Made by a program: the position numbers and the translations under genes. A stretch of 64,000 bases of DNA from Owenia fusiformis (lineage: Eukaryota), in the NCBI GenBank assembly GCA_903813345.2, contig CAIIXF020000001.1:17112001-17176000 (forward strand), in the 5' to 3' direction. Each line of letters starts with the position of its first letter. Position 1 is the first letter of the stretch. The notes below the pieces were generated by a model, which was not told where the DNA came from, ran no database searches, and saw nothing but the letters and a program-made list of their open reading frames with translations. Positions 1 to 12,503 of the stretch are shown piece by piece.

Positions 1-1774
1 ACAATAATGTCAAACTATAGTGTAGTCTTGCTTCAAAGACTGTGAACCCCCATGTACGTCACTTCCCAACACAATACAATGGGAAGGAGAAATACATGGG
101 GGGGGGGGGGCAGTCTCGAGGCAAGACAATATCGGACGTTGTTTTCTACGCTTCTTTTTATAATATTTTCATACTTCTTTGCCTTAACCCTGTCGAGACG
201 GCTGCTTACATATTTATGGCTTTTGGATTATCTTATACAACAGTGTCGAGGTTATGTCACTTGAATTAATGAATACGAAAATAGTTTTGTTTCGCAATTG
301 TACATCAGTCTTGGCAATATGACAAGTTTGATTCTCTTTTATGAGACTCTAAACTCAGTATATATGATATATAGCCTCGTGGAATCTTTTAAACTAAACA
401 CTCGAAATTCAAAAATGTTACGTACTCGGAGTAGAGGGATTTGGATAATTGCCACAAAATGGCGAAAATTGGGGCCCAAAAATTGGTTGTTTCTAGGATG
501 AAGAAATGAATCTCTTCATCTTAGCTAGGATGATGGACTTTTCTTCTTCCTAGATCTTAGGTTGTTTACTTTTCAATTTCTCTCCGTGGTTTAATGTCAA
601 GTCACAGGGATAAACAACAATAAATTACATAAAATTGTGTCCATAACAACAAAATATGAATGTACCCTAGACACTATTTGCTTGTTGTTGTATTTACTGG
701 TAAAAAGGATGGATGTAGACCAGACATAAAATGAATCTAAATGATGTGGAAACCACAAATATGTTTTCACAGGGTCGTGGTTGGTTTGAACATGTCCTTA
801 AAAGTCACATGCCAATGTTTGTAAACACAACACTCCTAAAATAGCTCTTATGTCACATACCGCACGGTGAAGATATGGTTAGATTTGATAACAATTTACT
901 TGAACGGGATTTGAACAACGATAAAAGTGCTATTTATCTGAAGAAATGTCATACTTCAAGATGTTCATAGAGACAATCGAACTTAAAGGGGACTAGATAC
1001 ATTGATGTTGAGTGCGTAATAACTAAATTCTGATAAGACACGTTGCATCGGACACTCCTCTAAAACGAAACTACTTTAGTTGTGTTTATTTACATTTTAT
1101 TTGGCATTGATTCAATTCAACCTACCATGTGATTCCATAGAATCAATTAAACTAGATTGGAGTATCAGTTTCACATTCATTCTGAACTAACCAGTAACCA
1201 CTTGACAAACTGTTTTTTAATTAGCCAATGAAACACCATCAACAATCCTGAATTAAAAGAATGATGGAAATTTACACTGGAATACTATGACTGTCATCAC
1301 CGTCACTTTACCATGAATCATAGTGACGTTAGGACCAGGAAACTTGAATGTTCTGATTTTTAAATTTATATATACAATCATTAATGAATCAATATTTAAA
1401 TCTTCTTATCATTGTAAAAGATGATTAAAATGTTATCGTTAAAGCTCTACCGCCCTGGCACCTGACCAATGTTTGGTATGGTTACAATATAACATGAGAA
1501 AAGTTTAGGTGTTCCTTAGATGCTAAACCATATTAACAAACCAACGTAGTTGCCATCTTCAAATTCCAAGGTGTTTATAGCACAAGTTGGAGTTGGAGTG
1601 GAGCAACCATGGGCATTCAATAAACCTTGTGAATCAAGATGCGTAGTTGCATGATTACGTATCAATTGTGTTGGAGAGCTTGGTGGGAAATTAACAAAAA
1701 CTAAAACACACCTAAAAATCACATGACTAATAGAAAACAAAATTATAGATATGAAAAAGTATGATTCTAAATAC

Positions 1775-1879
1775 GTTAGACCTTATTTTGGTGACCAAAT
1801 GGTGACTCAAAGTGGTGTTAGACCTTATTTTGGTGTCTCAAAGTGGTGTTAGACCTTATTTTGGTGACTCAAAGTAGTG
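1775..1879. repeat. ~31-bp tandem repeat, 3 copies (GTTAGACCTTATTTTGGTGACTCAAAGTGGT)
   Basis: Units start at 1775, 1817 and 1848; the first carries a short internal duplication. Confidence 0.9.
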
Positions 1880-2784
1880 GAACGCATGTACACATCAGAT
1901 CCATCAAATACACGCTAGAGCAGTCACCTCGTGGGATTACATCGAGAGATCACGACGACATCTATTTATCAAACTATTCTGTTTGTATTCATTTGTAATG
2001 GTTCTTTATACGGAGTTCGATGCCATGCCTATTTTTGAACAATTCTGGTATTTTCCATGATTGTACTTTTTAAAGGTTACATGGCAATATTTTTACAAAT
2101 GACATGTCCCCCTTTTGAATACATATACATTTGGAATTTCTGCATTGTAAATGTTCCACTCGTACTTTACTTCCATAATTATTAGATCACTGGCAGAAAC
2201 TCCAATTCATTTTCAGACAGATAATAAGAGTTTATGATTGTCGTGGAAATGTTGGCATAGTTTTTGAATAAAATATTGTTTCATACTCTTTATTCTTTTT
2301 TAATGTGAACATAAATTTATTCATTAAAATAAGATAATTACATAGCATTAGGCCTAATTTAGTATCCTCCGTTACTTGCTGCCATATCTGGAAAAGTAAC
2401 ATGTATCATCTCGATGCATGTAAATCCCAATTACTCAAGTCTGAATACATCAATATAACCATGTGCACTTTGGGCTAAAAACTTCAAATTTTTTAATGTT
2501 TCTATAACTTTTTTACACATGTATTCAAGTAATATTTTCTCAAGTAGAAGTAACAAGCGATTCCAAAATGGCATAATCATATCTATTCTATTTTATGCTA
2601 TCCATTGTATCCAGTAAAATATGAGCTATGTTCTATGCCATGGACAATATTGTCTCTTAATTGTGTGTTTGTCATGGCCCAAAGGGATTGACTATTCTAG
2701 ACCGTGTGGTGGAGCTGCCGGGTGTGGTTTTGTATTTTCAAGTTATTATTGCAGTTTTCTAACATTTCCAATTGAAATTGTTTA

Positions 2785-3228
2785 TCAAGAAATAGAAGGA
2801 GAATTCGAGATCCTAAATGGCGTAACTGCAATCGTAAAGACAGAAGAACAAATGACAGACACTAGTAAAACTATAAAATGACATCGCAATGACGCTCCCC
2901 TCCCATTACACATGTCAGTATTGCAACAGATAACATCCTCCTTAATGCTCAAAGTGCCTATCTTTGCGACTTCCTTTCTTGGTATACACGACTGTGAATC
3001 AGTGCATCGTTTGTAATAAGTGTATTCGAAATCATCCGGACCTTGCTCCCATATTTTGTATTCATATGTACAGGTTGCGTTTATTTCATTACACTCTTGG
3101 GTGTGTCCTCTGCTATTGCAGTCTGCTTCGTTTTTAAATGAGTGACAACCGAGGCATTTTAGTCCGTTGACCGCTTCTAGTACACCCAATATAAGCCATT
3201 GCTTTAAGAGATATGTCTTCAGTTCCAT
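2785..3228 (-). CDS. Ly6/uPAR (three-finger) family protein, 147 aa, secreted or membrane-anchored
   Basis: Signal peptide ending in VNG-LKC. Ten cysteines in the LU pattern (LKCxxC...C...C...C...KRC...C...CCNTDMCN). Hydrophobic C-terminal segment after CNG. A minus-strand splice acceptor (TTTTTTCAG|G) at 3279 lies just upstream of the ATG. Confidence 0.9.
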   Translation of the reverse strand: MELKTYLLKQWLILGVLEAVNGLKCLGCHSFKNEADCNSRGHTQECNEINATCTYEYKIWEQGPDDFEYTYYKRCTDSQSCIPRKEVAKIGTLSIKEDVICCNTDMCNGRGASLRCHFIVLLVSVICSSVFTIAVTPFRISNSPSIS

Positions 3229-3761
3229 AGTCGTTCACTTTAAATCTAATAATGTCGTTTTTGCTTTGCCCAGGAAACCTGAAAAAACACTATGTATTTA
3301 TTTCCACAATTCCAACACAGCACAATTAACTAAATCAAGGGTATGGAAAGAATTGAAATACTCTTGGACCAAAGGTGTTGATTGGTATGGCAATTGGGAT
3401 TTCAAACAATGATGAATGTATAGGACCAACTGAAATGGCATTAGCCAATGTGGATTCAACATGAGCATAGGACTACGATTGGATATTGATAATGGTGGTA
3501 AGAAAGTATTCTAAAATATACGTAATACACTTTGTTTTCATCCCGGAGGTGATATTTCTCGGCCTTTTTTATCACTGACAATCTGATATTGATTGACGTT
3601 GACCATGAAGTGGATTATATCACTTGGATGATTTTAATTAGGCAATAGAGTCCGACAGATATTGACACGTTTAACTCGAAAGGATGTGTTAATTTGCTAA
3701 ACTTATTACACTGGATCCGGAATAGACACAGCACATTGCAAATTTACAAAATCGTCAATAT

Positions 3762-4085
3762 CACTGTTCCACAGCTGGATGACTCTAACTGCAGTTAGTA
3801 TCATTCAAAATGGTTGCCAATATTGTTTCGTTTCCGATAAACCTCCGATTTCAGCTAATCTAAGTTGAATTTGGTTTTTAAAATATTTCGCCATGCAAAC
3901 TAATGATGCTATGATTGTAAAGGATTACAATTGTTACTTTATTAGTTTGCATGGCGAAACATTTGGAATCCAGATACAACTTAGTTAATTTAGCTGAAAT
4001 CGTTGGTTTATCAAAAACAAAGAATTTTGGCCACCATCTTGAATGATACTAACTTCAGTTAAAGCCATCCAGCTGTGGACCAGTG
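3762..4085. mobile_element. Palindromic MITE with CACTG termini and 5-bp TSD (Transib-like)
   Basis: ~140-bp imperfect inverted arms (CACTGTTCCACAGCTGGATG.../...CATCCAGCTGTGGACCAGTG), flanked by AATAT on both sides. Confidence 0.8.
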
Positions 4086-5174
4086 AATATGCTCAACTCA
4101 AACAACAAAAAGCAAAAAAGACAAAGTTTACCTTGCACCCCCATTTCCACCATTGTCAACACATTCCTCTTGACATTAAACCAATAAACATATAATGACG
4201 ATCGTATGAATGACAATGTTCAATTTGATCATGGACTTACATTAAGTCCTTGATTTGATGAATGATCGGGAAATTTAAAAGAAAAACCAAGGTGACAAGG
4301 CAGGAGAATAACATTTGAATCTTAAAGAATCTCTCAATTATGAATTTATTTCGTGGCAATGCTTTTAGGTTGAGGTTTATAGTAAAATTAACAACGTAGA
4401 TAAACCGCTTTTTATATTCGAATGAATTTGGTCATCTCTTTTGCTGGGAAACATTGGCAACATTTTACATTATATATCTTTTACTGCCACTTTAAAAGCC
4501 AATACTCTTCATTAGTGTAATGGGATTGCCCAGCCGGGAAATTGAATTTTGTAGAAATGCAATACATCACCATGTTTATACTGTAAGCTATTGGATCATT
4601 CAGAGCACGTATAGTTGTGTATTGGCGGAGGTTTTACTTATCAGCAATAGAGTTCCCTAATTAATTCAATTTACGAGTCGTCAATATTTCTGTCCAATTC
4701 CGGTAATATGGAAGATTAATCCGAGGTTAATACAGCCTTTCGGGACATCGGAACGTTTCAGAGAGGAGTACGGAATCACGGAATGAACTCAATAACATGA
4801 TAAACGCCGTGATAATTTACTTTTTATGGCGCATTGAGACCATCATATCGCAAAAATAATATACTCCTTTATTTTGATTGCCTGAACCTAAGCTCTGGAT
4901 GTGTAATCTCAATCTATCAACGACGTGTAGTCCGTATTCATAATTCCTCTTTGGGAATATATTTTCCTTCATGTAGGCCGAATTATGCATTTTTTTCAGT
5001 TTCTTAGAAAATACTATTTGATAGAATAGAAAAAAGTAATTTGCTTTTCAAAGTACATCCGTCTCGAACTCATATTTGATGATTTGATTATTTCTTCTAT
5101 TCTATTTATACCAAATCTATATTGATATACTTCTAGGTGCGTTACAAGAGGATGGTTAAATCGCATTCCCTTAA

Positions 5175-5505
5175 AGGCAGGGCTCCACTATAAAAGCAGA
5201 ACGTCAGTTAGAAAATGATGTAATAGCATGTTTGAAAATTTAAATGTCCACAGAATCTGACACCTAAGACCTGTTTTTCCACATATCTCTAGTATTTTTG
5301 CATGGAATCAGCTAAACTTTGTCACAGTTATTCATGAATATATTCTGAATCTGATGGTAGTTTTAAATTTAAATAATAGTTCCTATCTGGCTTGAAAAAT
5401 ATTAAGTAATTTATAAAATTGTAGCAGTTATATAGCAGTTATATAATAAGCTGCATCAAAATTGGGTTGTGGTTAAATTTACCACATGGTAAGGAATCCC
5501 TGCCT
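5175..5505. mobile_element. Kolobok-like MITE
   Basis: TTAA|AGGCAGGG ... CCCTGCCT|TTAA: TTAA TSD with AG termini. Confidence 0.75.
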
Positions 5506-7568
5506 TTAATGAAACCATAATTTCAAAGGAAATTACTCATTTACTCCCCGGGAGATTATGCATGGTGAATATACTTCACTTGATTTAATATTGCATCGGG
5601 TTACATCTTCCTTTAGATTGTTACAGCAACGCCTGTTTGATGCACCGAACAGAACGTAAATGACCAAGTACAAACATACCTGCGTCGATTTTGAATTATG
5701 TTACAGCGAAATCCCAACTGATCCAAAGCCTTTCAGTTCCTCCAAAATAACTTTGGTATTATCTAAAACAACAACTGTTCCTCAGTGATTTCTGCTAATT
5801 TCTGCTTTTACTATTCTCCTGTGCCTTGCTTTACCGCTTTTGCCATAAAAACATTTCTTTTTCCATTTTCAATTTACAATTTTGATTGACTCAAAAACGA
5901 AAGCGCACAATCAATTAATTGCAGGTAAAGCTTTTTATAATGCGGCTTTATCATTACCTTGGTCTATAATGAGAACGAGATCTAAGACTTGAAAGATTAA
6001 GCTAAGCTGGCTGTATCATCCTTGGCATAGTCGTCTTCGTCTAATAGTTATGTCCGATAAGTGGCAGAATGAAATTATTTATCCTGCTCCTACTAATTTT
6101 CATTCCCTTGGGGTCTCTCTGCACACCAGCTTGTGCTATATATAATTCAATTTACTCCAAGTCTTTATTTTTGTGTATAGTCTTGTTGTAGTTCTTTGGT
6201 TTTTTACTGGCTTACTTACGTTCTTGCTTTTCTGTGTTTATTGCTTGCGAATTTTGCATTCCCCTTATTCTTGTTATTTTTGTGTCTTGTTTTGTTTTAG
6301 ACTCTGCTTATACTATTCTTGCAATTCTTAGACGTGTCGATACACGGTGTCTATGTTCTACTTCTGCGTTTCTATTATTTTCGCATGTTTTCTGTGTCCT
6401 CTCTTGATCTCTATTTGGCCAAATTTGCTTCAAGTACGATGCTATACGCAAATTGGCTATCGGAGAGCTCTTCGAATAACTATTGGTTTCTTAGTCCACT
6501 TGAAGAATTGGTCTTGGATATAGTATACAAGGAATTTCCATTTTGGATTGAGTAAGTCGGCATGTTCTTCTCTAGTTAGGCGAGTTGTAATATTGTTATA
6601 TGCAATTTGATCATAGGCCAGTGAGTACCAGGTGTGTCCGTAGATCAGTATAGGCCAACAACAGGCGTGATCTCGATAATCTTCCACCAGCGTGTGTCCA
6701 TAACTCAGAAACCGTATCACTGATTCACTTTGCGATATCCTATGGGCAAGAATGAATGGTGTTGCGACCTTGTCAACTGCCCGGTCAACGGTTAGTCAAA
6801 TCATCTCGTCGTCATGGTAATAACCAAGATAACTCAAGGGATATAACCATGTTACTTATGCGACAAAAATATCAATTTAATCCACATCGTCGTTACTGTA
6901 ACCAATAGCTTCATAAAAAGCAATTACCAGGATATAAAACTGATTCGAATCTCATCAAACAGAAGTTGTGTTTTCCAATCAAATCTATAAAATAGCCGAA
7001 ATCTCATTAATCACGTGAAAACACCAATAGAATCGTTTTTTAAAAATAATAAATTGCGCCAGTTCACCTTTTATTGCTTTAGTTATAAACGAGATGAAAT
7101 CTGAGTAGTTCGCATTTTCCAGTGAGACTGGTTGATCAAAATGAAATTACATTTATGATCAATAAAAATAAGAGGATGCTCATAACCTGGCATCGTTATA
7201 AAAGCCTAATTTTCATCCCCGCTCCATACTTCATCTTGATTGGCCAGGTTCCCGGGCCATGTTTCAACTAACCTATTCAGAAAATAGATGCATCATCCAA
7301 AGACATTTTATCGTTCTGAGGCATTTTACCCATGCGTGCAGAGTCTAGCTCTCTTTTAAGAAGTGAAGTCGAACGAATGCAAAGGGTATTAAGATTCACA
7401 TTTCAAATTTCTTCACTTCTCTGCGTCTACACTGTTTAACTTAGACTGGATCGACATAATTTTAATCTAGTTTATCCATTCAGAATTTAATTCTAGTCAG
7501 AATATGTAATAAAAATCCGCAAATTTTGGGCATTTATTTCACATTCAAACTCCTGATTGGTTGACATG

Positions 7569-8109
7569 TCAAAGGATTGGTATCGATATGGCGCACTAAA
7601 TTCAACATTGTTTTTCTCTTAAGCCAATTATTGAAAACATTCTGGAAAAAACATGGTCCTTTATGTAATGGTCACTGATTGTCAACAATTTAATGCGAAA
7701 ATTATTGAAATATATTTTTTGTTTTTGTTAACATTTTTTGATTTTTCACGTAGGTAGTGCAATTATTTTTTGTTCCTTTCTACAAATTCTTGAGAATGAA
7801 ATAAAATATCTTTCCGAACCTTGTTTGAACAAAATAGCATATACAAAATTTTCTTAGACTTCTCAATATTATAGTTATTCAAAGGAAAATTTTGTTGATT
7901 TAAACAAAAAGTTATTCAAAAAATTAAAACAAAACCCCCCAAAATAGATAAAAATTAAAGTAAACCTTACCTCAAAAGGATCTTGTTCATTAACAAGATC
8001 CTTTTTTTAAATCAATCTTGAAAACGTTCCTTTGTACAATTACATATTAAGAGACCTAAACACATAGTGTATATTTCGTTTTGTCGCCATATCGATACCA
8101 ATCCTTTGA
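7569..8109. mobile_element. Unclassified MITE with 25-bp perfect TIR
   Basis: TCAAAGGATTGGTATCGATATGGCG ... CGCCATATCGATACCAATCCTTTGA. Confidence 0.8.
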
Positions 8110-8472
8110 GATCATTGAGTTCTTAAGAGCGTCAGAAACTCACCCTTGGTATACTAAATAAACGTTATCGTGAAAATGAGACAGTCGTTCTCGAGAGAAA
8201 AGAGCATAAATGCGCATTTAGAGAGTTTTGGTCCGTTTAAAAATCTGTAAAAAATTGGGGTACTTAAAAGCATCGGGAGGCATCATCTTTTTCAAATTAG
8301 ACACGAGGAAGTCAATATTGAGCAAGTTATGGCTGTTTTAAATTCAAATAAAACCGTTAACCCATGACCGGTCCAGCTTTTGACCCGTACCGGTCAATTT
8401 TCGTTAGCTGGGTATACCAACTGACCAAGGGTGAAACTGTAAAAATTAAACATTTGTAGTTATAGAGAATAG

Positions 8473-8650
8473 CAGGCCGGTGGGCAGCTTTTGCCAATGG
8501 GGGCCAGTTTTAGAAATTATCAAAGGGGTTCAAGTTTCAATTTTGGCCCAAAATCACTTGAAAAGTGCTAAAGTTGGTGAAAACTGCATGATATTGAAAG
8601 ATGTTGAGGGGGGGGGGGCTCGAAAACCCCGAACACCCTGAACACGCCTG
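8473..8650 (-). mobile_element. Degenerate hAT-like MITE, related to 28848-29055
   Basis: CAGG...CCTG termini, a poly-G tract, and an internal segment (AAAATCAC...AAAACTGCATGAT) that is the reverse complement of part of the 28848 element. Confidence 0.55.
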
Positions 8651-8763
8651 AGGGCCTGAGTGGTGTGTGTGAATTAGAAGAAGTAAACTATAAATTCAAT
8701 TCAAGATCTGGAGATAATAAACTGGCAGACCGTGGATGTCAAAATCACTAAATTTACATAGTA

Positions 8764-8827
8764 CATCCTTGCTGCAAGGGTATTTTACAAGTATATAGGC
8801 ATAAATGAAGTCCTTTGAAGAAGGATG
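8764..8827 (+). mobile_element. 64-bp mini-element, CATCCTT/AAGGATG termini, 8-bp TSD ACATAGTA
   Basis: Direct repeats at 8756-8763 and 8828-8835; homologous copy at 22041-22114. Confidence 0.75.
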
Positions 8828-10587
8828 ACATAGTACGATTGATTATCAATAGGAGTAGTTGACAAGAATAATACAAAAGTGAAGTAAACTATTACGATTT
8901 GATTTTCTGCTTGGAGAAAGTGGTTAATGAACTACTGACTGTGTCAATCGACCTGATTGTGCACTATGTCTCTGCAATAACCCATCAAATAAATTAGCTG
9001 GTGTTAGTCATCCAAGCTTTTCTTTAGATCATGTCTCTCATTTCGATTATTAGTCTTAAATGAAGCATCTGTCCCAGTAATCACATTTTATACTATTCCT
9101 GAATCTGTCCCTAAATATAAAGAGTCAGAAAGAAAGAAAAAACAGATAGGCTACAGTGACCTTTCGACATGATTTAAAACACTATCAATATTAACATCAG
9201 TAAAAATAAAATAAATTCACCAGATTCAATTTCTTAGATATTCATCGACGGGATTGAGGATGTGACTGTCGAAGTGGTTCCCCGGGAGTCGTTCTCCCTC
9301 ATGTATTCTTGCATGATTGACTCGATATGTTGATTGAGCGATTGTCTGTTTACGATAATGATCAAGACTCGACTGGAGCCATGACATAATCCGATGCCTA
9401 TGGTAATAATCTAGTTTTAAATGGAATATTATTAATAAAATTATGATGTAGGTTATAAATAAAATTAGGACAGGCTTAGATGGGACAAACTATTTCCAAA
9501 TTATTTCAAAGGTGCATCTAAAGACTGGAGACGAATTGAGCGCTATCACATTTATAACGCATGTACCTATAATCCAATCCGATTCCGTTTTAAGTTTGAT
9601 CAATAGACTAGATGCGAGTAGAAATAATCTTGATGTACATTAAAAATTCAAAATTCAGTTAAAACGATATCATATTTGAAATTTACATATAAATTATATT
9701 TAGAAATGTGGTTTTAAAAAGTGTTTATCAGCTTTGAAAATTTGTTTTTGTTTGAAAATGTGACTTCTAGGTCTGGGAGATTCCCCATAGACCCCATGTT
9801 ATAGAATCATAAAAAGTGAAATATCGTTTCTTGTATTGGACAATTCATATTTTCTTTTACTGGACATATTTCAATTTGTATTGCTAAAAGATACATGGGG
9901 GTAATATGAAAATTTGACCACTAAAACTAATGGATATTCAAGTTTAAGGGAACTAATATACCTGCCATGTTATCTGACCCGAATTAGCCACCTGGTGGTG
10001 AAACAGGTAACTACCTACTCACATATGGGTAATTCCCACCTAATTAACATATTTTCAAAAAGTCCGAATAATTTAATGTGGGATCCACAGCAACTATTAT
10101 CCTTTGGAATCACCCAAGCATTAGATAAAGAGCGACTATGATAAATCAGAATGTGAATAATAAGTCTGAGCATCAATTCTCAATTCAGCTCTTCAAAAAT
10201 AATCAAAATCATATTTTTCCTAATGAAGATCTTTTTGTCATCAAAAAGTGAATGGACCCAAACATGTAAACAAATTGCATGAACGTTAATAGATACAGTA
10301 ACAAAGGGCATCATGATGCTGGATCGTTCTCCGAGGAGAAAATGTGTCCGTGTGATCAATCAAGTACCAAATGATCACCTGCAATACCGTGACGCTTGAA
10401 CTATGGAGGCCGTTTCATAAAAAACACAAGACTTAGGCTACATCATAGAGGTATATACGAACTGGGGTTCTTAGATATACAGTGGTATTTAACATGATTT
10501 TGATGACATTTAAAAAATAAGTGATATGGAATATAAAGGCAAATGCAAATGGAAACAATGATCGGTCCCAAGATTTAAATTTGCCGC

Positions 10588-10693
10588 AAATGACGTCATT
10601 GCAAGGGATTTCCCGTCATCCGGGGTATTCATCACAACAATGGCGGGGTCCGGAAGCAAGTGAAAAAGTCTGTCCCATGTTTATCAAGTAAAT
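10588..10693 (+). promoter_or_regulatory. Promoter-like CpG-containing cluster (CRE, NF-kB, YY1-like, ETS), possibly transposon-derived
   Basis: TGACGTCA at 10591, GGGATTTCCC at 10606, CAATGGCG, CCGGAAG, then a possible donor CAA|GTAAAT. Confidence 0.45.
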
Positions 10694-10924
10694 ACTGCAT
10701 GTACAGGTTTATTAAACATTTCAAGATATTGACATACTTGTCATAACTACAGTGAGTATTTTTTAGTGTCAGTCCTTACATTCATACTGATCATGAATAT
10801 AGTAATTTAGATGATAAAACATTGTTCTAAATTATTTCTATTTTTTTCAGTCAAAATGAACTTTTTCAATAGCTTATCATTATGCCCTGCCAGGACTGTA
10901 CATAGTCCTGAGAACGTCTCAATC

Positions 10925-11760
10925 TTTTGCCTGTACGATTACAACATGGGAGAATTTTCTATGCCTCTTAAGACCGATATACACCAATGGGTCAAGTTGG
11001 GACCTCCATTGACTAACATTGCGTGGGACCTCGTGGGACCTTTTGGGATTTTGCCCCATGAAGTCCGTGGGACTCCATGGGACTCCGTGGGATTTTGCCC
11101 CATCGAGTCCCACGAGGTCCCATGAAGTCCCACGTGGGACTCGAAGGGACTCGATGGGGCAAAATCCCACGAAGTCCCATGGAGTCCCATCGAGAATGAA
11201 CATGTTCATTCTTTCCATGGGGCATCGTGGGATTTTCGATCATATGACGTGTTGTGTGACGCCCGACATACACTAATGGGGCACGGTGGGATTTGATGGG
11301 ACTCCATGGGGCTTGATGGGACTCCATGGGGCACGATGGGGCAAAGTCATCAAGGTCCCATGGGACTTCGTGGGATTCGATGGGGCAAATTGGGATTCGA
11401 TGGGGCAAGATGGGACTCGATGGGGCAAGTGGGATTTTGCCCCATTGGTGTATACCGGGCTTTACACTTCAGATACCTACTTCAATAGATTCCTTGGTAT
11501 TTTAGCATTCTTTTTGTGTAGTTGAATTCACAATCATCTGGGTTTATCTGCAGAATGAAGAAATTTTCGTTTTTGGTCGCAGTGTTTGCGTGTAATATTT
11601 ATTTAACTTATTTCAACCGTCAAATTCCTCCATTTATTGGTACTTCCGGGCCAGTTAAACGGGAAATCCCCTTTTAAATCAAACCACCATCTTGAAAAGG
11701 GATTGAATCTCTCTCAATGAAAGAGAAAAATGTTCCCAATCTGCCGATAAACCCAGATAA
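10925..11760. mobile_element. Older degenerate copy of the 11858-12441 MITE family, interrupted by the 10982-11450 element
   Basis: 10929-10965 and 11470-11640 align collinearly with the left arm and core of the 11858 element (GCCTGT..TACAA..GGAGAAT; TGGGTTTATC.GCAGAA.GAAGA; CAACCGTCAAATTCCTCCATT). Confidence 0.65.
10982..11450. mobile_element. GC-rich foldback element with CACCAATGGG TIR, TA(TA) flanks and ~10-bp internal repeats (CMC/EnSpm-like)
   Basis: TATA|CACCAATGGG ... CCCATTGGTG|TATA; filled with TGGGACTCCA/TGGGGCACGA-type decamers in both orientations. Confidence 0.75.
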
Positions 11761-11857
11761 TTACACTTTCGCTAGTAGGCAGCCATTTTTTCTCATGAAT
11801 AATTTTTTTTACCTGTTCTCTTGTAATTTGAGTAAAAAGTGGGACTTTTCTTGTATA

Positions 11858-12441
11858 AGTGATACCAGATTTATCGTATCCTACCGACCACTTTAGATTG
11901 TGGTCGTACGCCCGATTCATTGGTAAGCCTGTCTTTCTACAATGTCGGAGAATGAACTACGCATTGGTAAATTAAATGACCTACCTCGATACATTCCAGA
12001 GTATTTTAGAATTCTTTTTATGTTGTTAGATCGCCAATTGTATGGGTTTATCGGCAGAACGAAGATATTTTCGTTTTTGATAGCAATATTTGTATGTAAT
12101 ATTTAACTTATTTCAACCGTCAAATTCCTCCATTCAGTTCCCGGCATGCACCAGTCATAAGGGAAATCCCTGGAGAATTCCCCTTCCGACATTTTGAAAA
12201 TTGCTGACATATTTCCGATGTAAAAACTAAAATCTCTTCGTTCTGCCGATAAACCCATACAATTGGCAATCTAACAACATAAGAAGAATTCTAAAATACT
12301 CTGGAATGTATCGAGGTAGGTCATTTAATAGTGCAATGCATAGTTCATTCTCCGACATTGTAGAAAGACAGGCTTACCAATGAATCGGGCGTACGACCAC
12401 AATCTAAAGGGGTCGTAGGATGCGATAAATACCAGATCACT
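11858..12441. mobile_element. MITE with ~215-bp high-identity inverted arms
   Basis: 11858-12071 is nearly the reverse complement of 12230-12441. Confidence 0.85.
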
Positions 12442-12503
12442 GTGTAGCCCCCCCCCCCCCCGAGTCATATTTACAAGAATATAATTATATAAATTATATA
12501 ATA

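Noticed and set aside
493..554. Small double hairpin TCTAGGATGAAGAAA...TTTCTTCTTCCTAGA
   Set aside because: Short and imperfect, with no TSD or second copy in the window.
9215..9400. CpG-rich minus-strand exon-like segment with a 50-aa ORF
   Set aside because: Splice sites are weak and the peptide has no recognisable features; it could be a UTR exon, but this is unsupported.
10811..11525. Cluster of overlapping ORFs (MGLHGT/PWDFV-type repeats)
   Set aside because: Translations of the decamer repeats of a foldback element, open in several frames on both strands.
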